DNA from: Eledone cirrhosa
Lineage: Eukaryota
Length of the DNA: 64,000 bases
Assembly (NCBI GenBank): GCA_964016885.1
Contig: OZ024743.1
Location: forward strand, 113,212,001 to 113,276,000
Direction: 5' to 3'
Positions within the stretch are counted from its first letter, which is position 1. Every line of letters starts with the position of its first letter. A model generated the notes under the pieces. It was not told where the DNA came from. It did not search any database and saw only the letters and a program-made list of their open reading frames with translations. The position numbers were made by a program, and so were the translations under genes. Below are positions 50,484 to 64,000 of this stretch, piece after piece.

Positions 50484-52229
50484 AATTGCACTTCCCAACA
50501 TAGACTGATAATTAGCGACCTAATAGTCAGGACGAGACGTACTAGACAACAGAAGAGGACTATCCTCAGGAGAAAAATATGGAAGCTAAAGGACCCCACA
50601 GCCAAAAATAAATTCCAAAGCATATTACTTGATGCTTTCGACAGTGAGGAAGAGCAATTAGAGACGTACAAGGTAGAGGAACAGTGGGAATTCCTGAAAG
50701 CAAACCTGCTGACGGCGGCAGACGAAGTCTGTGGCTGGAGCAGGCCTGTAGGCAGGAGGAGAGTAACATGGTGGTGGAACAGTATATATATATACAGTAA
50801 GGTGGAGGGGTCAATTAAGGCCAAAAAGCAGGCTTGGAAAGTATGGCGGGATGGGGGAAGCAGAGAAGACTATCAAGTGGCCAGGAGAGAAGCTAGGAGA
50901 CAAGTGTACTTCGCAAGAAGGGAAGCAGAGGAAAGAAAGTTCAAGCATGTTCTAGAACGTGAGGACCAAAAACGTGAGGTGTTCAGGATTGCTAGGCAAT
51001 GTGTCAAGGAAAACAGTGATATTGTCGGGGAGAAGTGTGTACTTAACGATGACGGCGTACTTGCCATCACCGACGCCGATAAGAAGGTAGCTTGGAAGTG
51101 TCACTATGAAAGGCTACTAAATGAGGAGAATAAATGGGAGAAAGACAGTCTCCCCCACATCGACCCAATAGAGGGACCAGCAGTGTTAGTCGAGAGTAGT
51201 ATAATAAGTAAGGCAATCAAAGATATGAAGACAGGTAAGGCGGCTGGGCCTTCGGAAATAGTTGCCGAGATGCTGAAGGCATCTGGTACGGTGGGACACA
51301 CCATGGTCACCCGGATAGTCGACCAAGTCATACAGAATGGGGTTGTTCCGAAGGACTGGCGTAGCAGCATTATCGTGAACTGTTATAAGGGTAAAGGAGA
51401 TGCCCTAGATAGGAGTAACTATAGAGGCATTAAATTAATCAACCAGGTGATGAAGGTCACGGAAAAAGTAATAGCGCAACTAATCAGAGAGCGAATTGAT
51501 CTAGATGAAATGCAGTTCGGGTTTGTGTCAGGAAAAAGTACCACAGACGCTCTTTTCATTGTACGACAACTACAGGAGAAGTACCTAGCTAAAAGTAAAC
51601 CCCCTATACTTAGCTTTCGTCGACTTGGAGAAGGCCTTCGACAGAGTCCCCCGTTCCATTATCTGGTGGGCTCTTAGAAAACTAGGTGTTGATGAATGGC
51701 TTGTGAGAGCTATACAAGCCATGTATAAAGAAACAGTCAGCAAGGTTAGAATTAATAACGAATATAGTGAAGAGTTTAGTGTAAAAGTTGGTGTTCATCA
51801 GGGCTCCGTTCTTAGCCCCCTACTATTTATTATTGCCCTCCAGGCTATAACAGTGGAGTTCAAGACCGGCTGCCCATGGGAACTCCTATACGCAGATGAT
51901 CTAACGCTCATAGCTGAATCAATGGCCGAGCTAGAGAAGAAATTCCAAACATGAAAGCACGGCCTAGAATCAAAAGGCCTTAAAATTAACCTGGCTAAGA
52001 CTAAAGTTCTAGTTTGTAAGAAAGAAAATAAGGCGGCGGTCCCCTCCGGGAAGTGGCCATGCGCAGAGTGTAGGAAAGGCGTAGGTAGAAATTCCATTTT
52101 GTGTCCCAAATGCAAAGTTTGGGTGCATAAAAGATGTAGTGGGATCACAGGTAAGCTAACTAAGAACATAGATTTTACATGTGGCCGGTGTTCTGGGGCA
52201 ATAAGTAGCAGGAAGTGCCCACAAAATAC

Positions 52230-52302
<73 letters not shown>

Positions 52303-52597
52303 ATATTGAAGGATAAGTATTTTAGGCATTATTTTATCATGAGTTAAGGCTCTATTGATTTTTCCCTGGATTTCATTAAATTCTGTGGATGAATTTATAT
52401 CCTGATTCTCTTTTGAGATGAGTTTGAATCATTTTTCCTACATCTTACGTTAACTATTTTTCCCATTTTGACGCTATAGTCGCATATATGTTATGGAATA
52501 CTGTTAGCTTCTCGCTACAACAATTTCTATACCTTTCATTTATATATATAATATATATATATATATATAATATATATATATAATATATATATATAAT

Positions 52598-52649
<52 letters not shown>

Positions 52650-52663
52650 AATATATATATATA

Positions 52664-52695
<32 letters not shown>

Positions 52696-53323
52696 ATAAT
52701 ATGATAAAAGTAGACGGTAGCCACGGAGTAGGCAGACCCAGAAAAACCTGGGACGACTTGATAAATTCCGACCTCACACACTTACACCTCCCCAAGACAA
52801 TGCCACTGGACCGGGATCTTTGGCACTACACAGTAATACAGAAGACCCGCCTTGACTATGTACAAAGTGAAACCTACAGTCAGTAGGCACCTCTAACAAA
52901 AATACACCCCTGTCCCACTACCCCAACCCCATCCACACCACCCCCGTCAATCTGAAGTTAGGTTGGTACCACACCATCCAGTCCGAAACAAATGAGGTCT
53001 TGTAGGTGTCATGACAAAAAACACAACAGTCCATGCTGTAATGTGGCCGTGTAGGTAACACGGTAAAAACTCCCAGTCCACACTGTAAATTGTGGTTGGT
53101 GTTAGGAAGGGCATCCAGCCGTAGAAAACCCGCCAGACGTGTAGGTGTCATGACAAAAAAACACACAGTCCACGCTGTAATGTGGCCGTGTAGGTAGCAC
53201 GGTAAAAACCTCCCAGTCCATACTGTAAACGTGGTTGGTGTTAGGAAGGGCATCCAGCTGTAGAAAACCCGCCAGACAGTCCTATACGAGCAGGACAACC
53301 AATCGTGCCTCAAGTGGGAAAAC
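50484..53323 (+). mobile_element. RTE LINE copy from the APE end to the 3'UTR, interrupted at 52230-52700
   Basis: TSQHRLI..KIWKLK..TWWWN; ORFs 50802 and 51625; frameshift near 51600 and TGA at 51952; 3' piece 52701-53323. Confidence 0.93.
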
Positions 53324-53899
53324 GCTTTCTATTTCATATACTAAACTTTATAGTTAATCACACACACGCACACACAGATTTAATTATATACACACAGTCA
53401 CCAGACCTTGGTAGTATTTTCTTGTTGTTTGTCAATGTAATTAAGTGCGGTGATCAAAATTTAATGATATTTCTACAGTGAAACATGCCACTTGATGGCT
53501 TAACCTTTTTCATACAAATCCACCTATCACAGACTTCACTTTTTCAATAAAAAATAAAAGCAGAAAGCTAGAAAAAAAACAACCCTACTTTTTTTAATAT
53601 CTTCATAATTAAATTGAATCTCTTTATCAAGATTTTACATAAGAGCCTACTTAATGTTATGTTCCAAACACTAATTTCATATACCAATTAAAGATTTTTT
53701 ATTAAAGATATTTTAGGCACAAAATCAGAAATTTTTGGGGGGGAAGGAAAAATTCATCTATATTTACCCCAGTATTTGGTTGGCCCTTTGTTTTATCAAT
53801 TTCAAAAGATAAAATTGACTTTGGCAGGATTTGAACTCAAATCGTAAAGATCTATAACCAAACACATCCAAACAATTTATCTGTCACTTTAATGATTCT

Positions 53900-54860
53900 G
53901 TTTTCCTCAGTTGCTAGGTTCTGGGTTTGTTGTTATTCTGTTCATGCTTTCTATTGAGTTTTAGCCTTCATTCACTTGTATGTGTTGCTTCCTTAATCTG
54001 TCTGAGCATTGCATCTGTTCAGTGTGTAGATATAATTTTTATTTCAATGTGTTCTAGTGAGCACCCCATGCTCTAGTTTGGCATGATGTTTGAGCACTGA
54101 TGAGTTTTTCTTATCTTGGAATCCTCACCAGTGTTCTTTCATCTTTTCTCCTATACTGTGAGCCATTTCACCTATATATGTTGTAGTCCTATTTCTACAT
54201 TGTCTCTCTGTGCATCTTACGCTATATATTACATTTCCATGTTTTATCTGTAGGTTTATTTTGCAGACTATACTATTTCTATCCAGTTTTTTTCTTAAAA
54301 GGGTATATTCTGTTGATCAAGGTTTTTATATGAATTTTTGGCTTTTCTACTATCATAATTTTAAATTTTAATTCATCTAAGACCCTTCTAAATTCATAAA
54401 CTTGTTTGCCTCTGCAAAACTAGTTTGCATGCAGTGTATAAAATGTATGTGTCTCTCTAGTTCCACAGGATTTTACATGTGGGACACATTCTTCATACAT
54501 TCATAGTAAGCCCACTATCATGATGTTGATTTTCATATTATCCAAAACTGGTGAGTTTCATTGGATCAGGTACATGGAGGTTATGGGTTTGGCATAATAA
54601 CTTTGTTATTCCTAGTCAGAGCTCTGCATCTAAAACAGGTAGTCTGTGATTGGAATGTATAATCAGGCTGTCTAGTGTTACTTTAATTCTCTGGTGGAGT
54701 ATTAAGGAAAGTCTAGAAGAGAACTCCATGGTCTTACCTATGTACTCATGGGACATAGATAATATTAATACACTTGTAAAGACATCGCCATGAATATGTT
54801 CAGGAACTAGAAATAAACACCATGGAGAACATGTAGCATATCACCAACTCCATCCACATT
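53900..54860 (-). pseudogene. Degenerate Penelope RT-thumb and GIY-YIG fragment (duplicated at ~56570-57350)
   Basis: NVIYSVRCTERQC..TYIGE..IGEKIKEH in ORF 56790-57023. Confidence 0.75.
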
Positions 54861-55284
54861 ATTTTCATTTTCAAATCTTTTTCATATTATTTTCTTTATT
54901 CGGGGGAATATTGAACATGTCCCCACCAGGCATAACTAGCAGCACTAACATACAATTACATATATATATTATATATTTTATATATATTATATTTTTGTTT
55001 ATATTTTCTTTTATACTGCTACTACCATTGTGTTCGTCATCATCATCATATATATATACAATAATGATAATTGCAAAGGCCAGATGTAAAAATGCAGAGT
55101 CTGCCATAATACATATTTCTATGGTGTTCATGGTTAAACAATTCAACCACCAATACAATTTCATCAGACAGCATCATAGAAAATAAAGTTATGTAACATT
55201 CCTGTTTCAATATGGACTACGAGTTGGGTGGATACCATGTTTGTTCTTCTGCAGCCACTCCTCTTATGTATTTATGTGAGGTAG

Positions 55285-55335
<51 letters not shown>

Positions 55336-55724
55336 TAACATTAAAACAACAGAAGCCTGGACTGGAAAATTTACTTTAGAATTTTAATCCCGCAAAAGCA
55401 CTACTATAGATATTTTTATGGCCCAGCTCCATCATCCATTTATAATCTAAGACTAGGGGATTTCATCAGGTGTTATTTGCTGAATTATGTAACAGGATTA
55501 TGTTACACCCAACCATATAATAGAAGATAGGAGAGAGAACAAGAAACAGAAGATAGAAATAGATAATTCGATTTGGGGTCAGCCTGCTAATTTGGTGTTA
55601 TATTGATTGGAGACAGTCCAACTGAATACGCATGTTTTTTCTCCACAATTTTTTTTTTTTCTCATTTTCCCCATTCTTTCCTCACATCACTCTACCTTCT
55701 ATTTATTTTCTATTTCTAACTCTA

Positions 55725-55760
55725 TCTTCTGATGAAGGACCAGTGTCTGAAACGTTAAGG
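55725..55760 (+). ncRNA. Minimal type I hammerhead ribozyme; its downstream tail recurs near 20805 and 36975
   Basis: UCUU-CUGAUGA-a-GGAC(cagu)GUCU-GAAA-CG-UU|AAGG. Confidence 0.65.
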
Positions 55761-57384
55761 CTCTCTTGCTGCTATTTTAAGCGTTGAACTAATATACTTC
55801 TTCCATGGACTGTGCCATTTGTTTTGTTATTTTTGTTATTTCTGTTTATATTTTACATACATACATTCATATATATCATCATCATCATCGTTTAATGTCC
55901 ATCTTCCACTCTAGCATGGGTTAGATGAGTTTGTATCACATGGGTTAGATGGGTCTGTATCGCATGCATACATTGATTGGATTGTGTGTGGCTTTCTATT
56001 TCATATACTAAACTTTATAGTTAATCACACACACGCACACACAGATTTAATTATATACACACAGTCACCAGACCTTTGTAGTATTTTCTTGTTGTTTATC
56101 AATGTAATTAAGTGCGGTGATCAAAATTTAATGATATTTCTACATTGAAACATGCCACTTGATGGTTTAACCTTTTTCATACAAACCCACCTATCACAGA
56201 CTTTACTTTTTCAATAAAAAATAAAAGCAGAAAGCTAGAAAAAAAACAACCCTACTTTTTTTAATATCTTCATAATTAAATTGAATCTCTTTATCAAGAT
56301 TTTACATAAGAGCCTACTTAATGTTATGTTCCAAACACTAATTTCATATACCAATTAAAGATTTTTATTAAAAATATTTTAGGCACAAAATCAGAAATTT
56401 TTTGGGGGAAGGAAAAATTCATCTATATTTACCCCAGTATTTGGCTGGCCCTTTGTTTTATCAATTTCAAAAGATAAAATTGACTTTGGCAGGATTTGAA
56501 CTCAAAACGTAAAGATCTATAACCAAATACATCCAAACAATTTATCTGTCACTCTAATGATACTGTTTTCCTCAGTTGCTAGGTTCTGGGTTTGTTGTTA
56601 TTCTGTTCATGCTTTCTATTGAGTTTTAGCCTTCATTCACTTATATTTGTTGCTTCCTTAATCTGTCTGAGCATTGCAGCTGTTCAGTGTGTAGACATAA
56701 TTTTTATTTCAATGTGTTCTAGTGAGCACCCCATGCTCTAGTTTGGCATGATGGTTGAGCACTGATGAGTTTTTCTGATTTTGGAATCCTCACCAGTGCT
56801 CTTTTATCTTTTCTCCTATACTGTGAGCCATTTCACCTATATATGTTGTAGTCCTATTTCTACATTGTCTCTCTGTGCATCTTACGCTATATATTACATT
56901 TCCATGTTTTATCTGTAGGTTTATTTTGCAGACTATACTATTTCTATCCATAGTTTTTTTCTTAAAAGGGTATATTCTGTTGATCAAGGTTTTTATATGA
57001 ATTTTTGGCTTTTCTACTATCATAATTTTAAATTTTAATTCATCTAAGACCCTTCTAAATTCATAAACTTGTTTGCCTCTGCAAAACTAGTTTGCATGCA
57101 GTGGATAAAATGTATGTGTCTCTCTAGTTCCACAGGATTTTACATGTGGGACACATTCTTCATACATTCATAGTAAGCCCACTATCATGATGTTGATTTT
57201 CATATTATCCAAAACTGGTGAGTTTCATTGGATCAGGTACATGGAGGTTATGGGTTTGGCATAATAACTTTGTTATTCCTAGTCAGAGCTCTGCATCTAA
57301 AACAGGTAGTCTGTGATTGGAATGTATAATCAGGCTGTCTAGTGTTACTTCTGTTTATCTTTTACATACATACATTCATATATA

Positions 57385-57925
57385 TCATCATCATCATCCT
57401 CATCGTTTAATGTCCATCTTCCACTCTAGCATGGGTTAGATGGGTTTGTCCCACTTGAGGCAAGATTGGTTGGGAGACCGTGTCTCGCTCATACAGAACT
57501 GTCTCTGGCAGGTTTTCTACGGCTGGATGCTCTTCCTAACACCAACCACATTTACAGTGTGAACTGGGAGCCTTTTTACCGTGTCTCCTATACGACACCT
57601 TTACAGTGTGAACTGGGTGCTTTTTGTCATGTCACCTATATGACCACTTAACAGTGGACGGAGGTGGGGGGATGGATTAGGGGTGTGGGGTGGCAGTTAT
57701 ATTGGGTTAAGAGGTGCCTACTGGCTGTAGGTTTAAGTTTGTATGCAAGGGCAGGTAGGTCTTTTGTATAACTGCACAGCGCCAAAGATCTCAATCCAGT
57801 GACATTGTCTTAGAAATGTGTAAGTGAGCGAGGTCAGTTTTTATCACCTTGTCCCAGGTTTTTCTTGGTCTATCCACTCCGTAGCTGCCATCAATTTTGA
57901 TAGTTCTGCAGTTTTTTATACAGAG
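57385..57925 (-). mobile_element. Diverged RTE 3' end; similar remnants at 15400-15650(+), 22688-22985(-) and 46562-46750(+)
   Basis: Reverse match to the PRKTWD region, the 3'UTR and the (GAT)n tail. Confidence 0.8.
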
Positions 57926-58169
57926 CAATCATCATCACCATTTTCCGTCCAGTGTTCTATGCTTGCATGATATATGTCATCATCACCTTCATTTTACGTC
58001 CATTTCTCCATGCTGGCATGGGTGTATGTATGTATATATATATATATATATATATATCATCAACATCATTGTGTAACGTCTATATTCCATGCTAGGATGG
58101 GTTAGACGAGTTTGTCCCATTTGAGGCAAGTTGTGTTGGGTGAGTGTGTCTCGCTCATATAGGACTGTT

Positions 58170-58208
<39 letters not shown>

Positions 58209-58730
58209 CATCATCATCATCGTTTAACGTCTATCTTCCACGCTAGCATGGGTTTAGACGGGAATTGTCCCACGTGAGCCAAAATTTGGTTGTCTTGCTC
58301 GTATAGGACTGTCTGGCGGGTTTTCTATGGCTGGATGCCCTTCCTAACACCAACTACGTTTACATACATACATCAACGTCAATTGCCATAACTTGAACGA
58401 AAATATATTCCTGAACCCAATTTGGCTTTCACAGAGATTGAACCTAGGATCAACACTGTGAATCAAGTTTCTTAATCATCAGGCAATCTCTGCCATGCAT
58501 AGAGAGATACAAAGATAATTCAGATACACCTATACATATATTCCGACACTCACTGACGTACAGACACAGAAATAACAGAAACACATACATCGTTAAGTCA
58601 CAACACATACATACACAGTCACATATATTGATATATTGTATCTATAATAGATGTAATTACAATATCAATATCATAATTGTCGTGTTCAGTTCACTTAGTA
58701 TTATTGATTGTATGTATGATGTGTGTGTAC

Positions 58731-58774
<44 letters not shown>

Positions 58775-58907
58775 GTGTGTAGGCCCCCCCCCCCCCCCCC
58801 TCCCGCAATGTATACACACTTCAACAGCATTCTAATAAATATTGCCTGTACAGGTAATCATAGTGTGTATACATTTTTGGGGGACATTCTGTATGTATGT
58901 ATGTTTG

Positions 58908-58938
<31 letters not shown>

Positions 58939-59299
58939 ATATATGTGTGTATATATATATGTGTATATATAGATGTGAGTGTGTATATGTGTGTGTATGT
59001 ATATATACATGTGTGTATGTATATATACATACGTATGTATATATACATGTGAGTGTATATGTATATATACATGAGTGTATATGTATATATACATATGTGA
59101 GTGTATATGTGTATATACATATGTAAGTGCATATGTATATGTATATATACATATGTGAGTGTATATATATATATGTATATATACATATGTAAGCGTATAT
59201 GTATGTATATATACATATGTGAGTGAATATGTATGTATATATACATATATGAGTATATACATATGTATGTATATGTATATATGAGTGTATATGTATGTT

Positions 59300-59343
<44 letters not shown>

Positions 59344-59589
59344 TATATATATGTACATAGGTGTAAACATTATCAGGTTGTTCAGATCTTTCAGTATTAT
59401 TGATTATAGACATAAATACACACTATATATACATATATGATAAATCAATAATCTATACATTAACTTGTTCAGATCTTATACATACACATATGTATGTATG
59501 TATGTATATATATATATATATATGTGTTTGTGTATAAATGTATTTAAATGTATGTGTATATACATACCACCCCCACACACACATAGTAG

Positions 59590-59640
<51 letters not shown>

Positions 59641-59659
59641 TCATCATCGCTTGACGTCT

Positions 59660-59863
59660 ATTTTCCATGCTATATATATATATATATATCACCTACATGA
59701 TATATATATATATATATCACCTAGATGCTATATATATATATATATATATATATATCACCTACATGATATATATATATATATATATATATCACCTAGATGC
59801 TATATATATATATATATATATATATATCACCTACATGCTATATATATATATATCACCTACATG

Positions 59864-59914
<51 letters not shown>

Positions 59915-59953
59915 CTACATGCTATATATATATATATATATATATCACCTACA

Positions 59954-60028
<75 letters not shown>

Positions 60029-60046
60029 CTACATGATATATATATA
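59660..60046. repeat. Compound minisatellite: tcacctacatg(c/a) separated by variable (TA)n
   Basis: About 10 constant cores with variable TA spacers. Confidence 0.9.
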
Positions 60047-60947
60047 TCTCACCTACTACTCTGGCTTACTACTACTTGGTTAATTTAATTAAATGTCCTA
60101 CACAATTAATAAGTCATGATTGTATATAATAGCAATTGACTTTCAATGGACAGGAAAACAGCTCCTACTTATGATTGATAATATGCAATTGCCTCCTCCT
60201 TCTCCTCGTCATAGTCATCATCATCATTGTAATCATCATCGTCATCATCATCATCATCATTATCTGTGTTATTATCATCATCATCATCATCATCAGCTGT
60301 GTTCAGATTACCCTGAGTTCAGTTCATCCTTTCATCGTTCTGGTATTGATAAAATCTTTTAGATTTGACTGTTCACTCCCTCACCCTAAATTTCTGGCCT
60401 TGTCCCTATGTAAGAAATTATTATCTATCACTTTCACCATCGTTATCATCAAACAACAGGGGCCAGTGGATTGGAGGTATTGGTAGAGCTTTAGTTTTGG
60501 CCCTTTACATTCTCAGTTCAAATCCCACTCATGTTAATTTTGTCTTTCATCCTTACAGGGTCGATAAAATAAAGTACCAGTAATGCACTGGGGTTGATTT
60601 AATTGACTTTCCACTCTCCAAAATTGTTGGCCTTGTGCCTAAATCAGAAATGATCATCATTACCATTATCATCATGTATCATCATCATTGGCAGCAACAG
60701 CATCAACATCGTATCCACTATTGTGGTAATCTCTTGGGACAGGACATGGTTGTGTAGACAAAATGGCAGCCTTTTAAAACATCTCAAGCTTACATCATCA
60801 CCTAGAAATTTTGAGGAGGAAGATTTAATAACTGCCCACCCTGTAGTTGAATCACCTGAACTTCAGTATTCCTATGTCTTCTCTAAGTCTAGTCACATGA
60901 CTTTGATATGTGATTAGACACAGAGAAGGAAGAAAGGATGTAATTAA

Positions 60948-61157
60948 CCCTTTAATGTTAAAACCGGACAGAATTCTCTACCTCTTTCTGTTGAAACTGG
61001 CTGTAACCGGTCGCTCAAACTGATGTTAAGGTATTGTTCTCAAAATAAATACTTTCAAAATCTCATAGATTCGATATTATGTGAGATAGTTATGTGAGGT
61101 AAAGCCTTGACCATGAAAATATAATAGTATATATAAAAGAATGTGAATGCTAAAGGG
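60948..61157 (+). mobile_element. piggyBac-type MITE
   Basis: TTAA-ccctttaatg...gctaaaggg-TTAA. Confidence 0.85.
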
Positions 61158-62380
61158 TTAAACAAATTTACCGCAGTATTCCACTGGTACTATCACAGTA
61201 TGCCATTGACATGATGCTACACATTTATAGAAGATTAGATGATATAATTCAATAAAACGACCCATATATTTGACTGGTACTACCTCCATGTATGCCATTG
61301 GCATGCAACCAACATTTTATAAGGGAGAGATGTAGTGGATTCATTCATCACCTTGTATATTATTGGTATATTTTAAAATGAAACATGGAGAAATGAAAAG
61401 CAGCCTGCTCATGAAATGAACATGCAAATGGCTAAGCATGCCACAGACACGTGTATTCTCAATGTAATTATCAGGGAGATTCTGCAAGACACAATGTATG
61501 TAAAATAAGGCTTGCCTTTTGACATATAGGTACAACTCATTTTTCTTAGCTGCATGGGCTGAAGCAATGTGGAGTAAAATATCTTGCTTAAGGATAAAAC
61601 ACATCACCAGAAATGGGACTCACTAATTTATGATCATGAGTTGAATACCCTAAACAATGAGTCATATACCTTGTCTTAACTGTATATCACATAAAAGGCA
61701 ATTGATTTAGCAGAGCTGTTGGTGTTGGATATTTATTCTTGATCTCTGTGTTCCAAGTTCTAACCAATCTGAGATCCACATCGCCTTTCATACTTTTAGA
61801 GTCGATAAAGAAAGTATCAACCCAATATTAGTGCAGCCCTCTCTCCTTCCAGCCATCACATTCTGGATGTTCCTTTGGATCAAGAGAGTGACTGCTTGTT
61901 CACAACTGCATCATCATCATCATCATCATCGTTTAACGTCCGTTCTTCCACACTAGCATGGGTTAGACGGGTTGTCCTGTTGTGGGCAGTGTCCGGTCGG
62001 CTGACCTTGTCTTGCTCATACAGGAACTGATTCAGGCTTGATTTCTACAGCTGGATGCCCTTCCTAACACCAACCCCATGTATAGTGAGTGCTGGGTGCT
62101 TTTTTGCCGTGGCACCTCCACGACCACTTTGCAGTGGAATGATAGAGACTCCAGTCCTATCACCTCATTTCTACAGCTGAGTAAACTGGAGCAATGTGAA
62201 ATAAAGTGTCTTGCTCAAGGAAACAACACATCACCCGGTCCGAGAATTGAACTCACAACCTTTTGATTGCAATGTGCCTTCATGGACATTTAAATCCCTG
62301 AGTGAAAACATGGTACTTACTATCAAGTCATAATCGATTATGAGTGATGGATGTAGTTTAATAGATTTATATACCACATA

Positions 62381-63068
62381 TGTAGGTGTCACGACAAAAA
62401 GCACCCAGCCCACAGCGTAAAGTCGTCATGTAGGTGTCACAACAAAAAACACCCAGTCCACACTGTAAAGTGGTCATGTAGCTGTCACGACAAAGAGCAC
62501 CCAGTTCACACTGTAAAGTGGCCATGTAGGTGTCATCACAAAAAGCACCCTGTCCATACCGTAAAGTAGTCATGTAGTAGTCACGACAAAAAGCACCCAG
62601 CCCATACTGTAAAGTGATCATGTAGGTGTCACAACAAAAAGCACCCAGCCCACACTGTAAAGTGATCATGTAGGTGTCACAACAAAAAGCACCCAGCCCA
62701 CACTGTAAAGTGGTCATGTAGGTGTCACAACAAAAAGCACCCAGCCTACACTGTAAAGTGATAGTGTAGGAATCACAACAAAAAGCAACCAGCCCACACT
62801 GTAAAGTACTCATGTAGGTGTCGCAACAAAAAGCACCCAGCCTACACTGTAAAGTGATAGTGTCGTAGTCATGACAAAAATCACCCAGTACTCACTGTAA
62901 ATGTGATTGGTGTTAGGAAAGGCATCCAGCTGTAGAAATCTTGCCAGAAATAGTTCGATGTGAGCAAGACATGGTCACCTGACCCAACTCGCTTCAAATG
63001 GGACAACCCGTCTAACCCATGTTAGTGTGGAAAGTGGATGTTAAACAACGATGATGATGATGATGATA
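62381..63068 (+). mobile_element. RTE 3'UTR-derived element with an expanded 48-bp array (about 11 copies) and a (GAT)n tail
   Basis: Unit tgtaggtgtcacaacaaaaagcacccagcccacactgtaaagtgatca, followed by the tggtgttaggaaaggcatccagc tail. Confidence 0.88.
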
Positions 63069-63069
63069 T

Positions 63070-64000
63070 GTATATACCTCATAACTATATACCACATAAC
63101 TGTATACCGCATATGAATATAGCACATAACTATAGCACATAACTATATACCACATAGCTATATACCACGTAACTGTATACCGCATAACTGTATACCCCTT
63201 AACTGTATACCATATGTATATACTGCATAACTATATACTGCATAACTCTATACCGCATAACTATATACCACATAACTATATACCACATATGAATATAGTA
63301 CATAACTATAGCACATAACTTTATACCACATAGCTATATACCGCATAACTGTATACCTCTTAACTGTATACCATATGTATATACTGCATAACTCTATACC
63401 GCATAACTATATACCACATAACTATATACCACATAACTTTATACCACATAACTTTATACCACATAACTATATACCATATAACTATATACCATATAACTAT
63501 ATACCACATAACTATATACCACATAACTATATACCACATAACTATATACCACATAACTATATACCACATAACTATATACCACATAACTATATACCACATA
63601 ACTTTATACCACATAACTATATACCACATAACTATATACCACATAACTATATACCACATAACTATATACCACATAACTTTATACCACATAACTATATACC
63701 ACATAACTATATACCATATAACTATATACCACATAACTATATACCACATAACTATATACCACATAACTATATACCACATAACTATATACCACATAACTAT
63801 ATACCACATAACTATATACCACATAACTATATACCACATAACTATATACCACATAACTATATACCACATAACTTTATACCACATAACTTTATACCACATA
63901 ACTATATACCATATAACTATATACCACATAACTATATACCACATAACTATATACCATATAACTATATACCATATAACTATATACCATATAACTATATACC
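63070..64000. repeat. 15-bp minisatellite (ataactatataccac)n running off the window
   Basis: Direct inspection; source of the MWYIV repeat ORF. Confidence 0.97.

Larger units (their letters stand above)
53324..57442. repeat. Local tandem duplication with an internal deletion
   Basis: 53324-54683 matches 55991-57350; 55842-55927 matches 57351-57442. Confidence 0.92.

Noticed and set aside
55208-55280. Short ORF MDYELGGYHVCSS.. ending at gag|gtagta
   Set aside because: Weak donor, no partner exon, lies among Penelope debris
63360-63944. (MWYIV)n repeat protein
   Set aside because: Translation of a 15-bp minisatellite

Overview
Repeat-dense, AT-rich animal genomic DNA. The SINE, RTE and microsatellite repertoire points to an octopod cephalopod (inference). 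Most ORFs in the track are microsatellite read-throughs. Recognisable content: (1) young 5'-truncated RTE-clade LINEs whose RT carries an inserted PHD-like finger; (2) a near full-length, decayed Penelope-like element (38243-42815) with RT, a GIY-YIG endonuclease and direct pseudo-LTRs containing a hammerhead ribozyme; (3) several distinct short, hammerhead-bearing, ORF-less Penelope-type units, mostly in (TA)n tracts and often with inverted 5' ends; (4) R4/Dong, CRE-like, Tx1-like and mariner remnants, plus an LTR remnant nested in the CRE-like fragment; (5) piggyBac-, hAT- and Tc1-type MITEs, foldbacks and many tRNA-derived SINEs; (6) 39-, 68-, 86-, 48- and 15-bp tandem arrays and a local tandem duplication. 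A low-confidence multi-exon gene for a small secreted Asn/Thr/Ser-rich orphan protein can be assembled on + (23878-47396). I found no unambiguous new system. The best leads are the hammerhead mini-element families and the orphan secreted gene.
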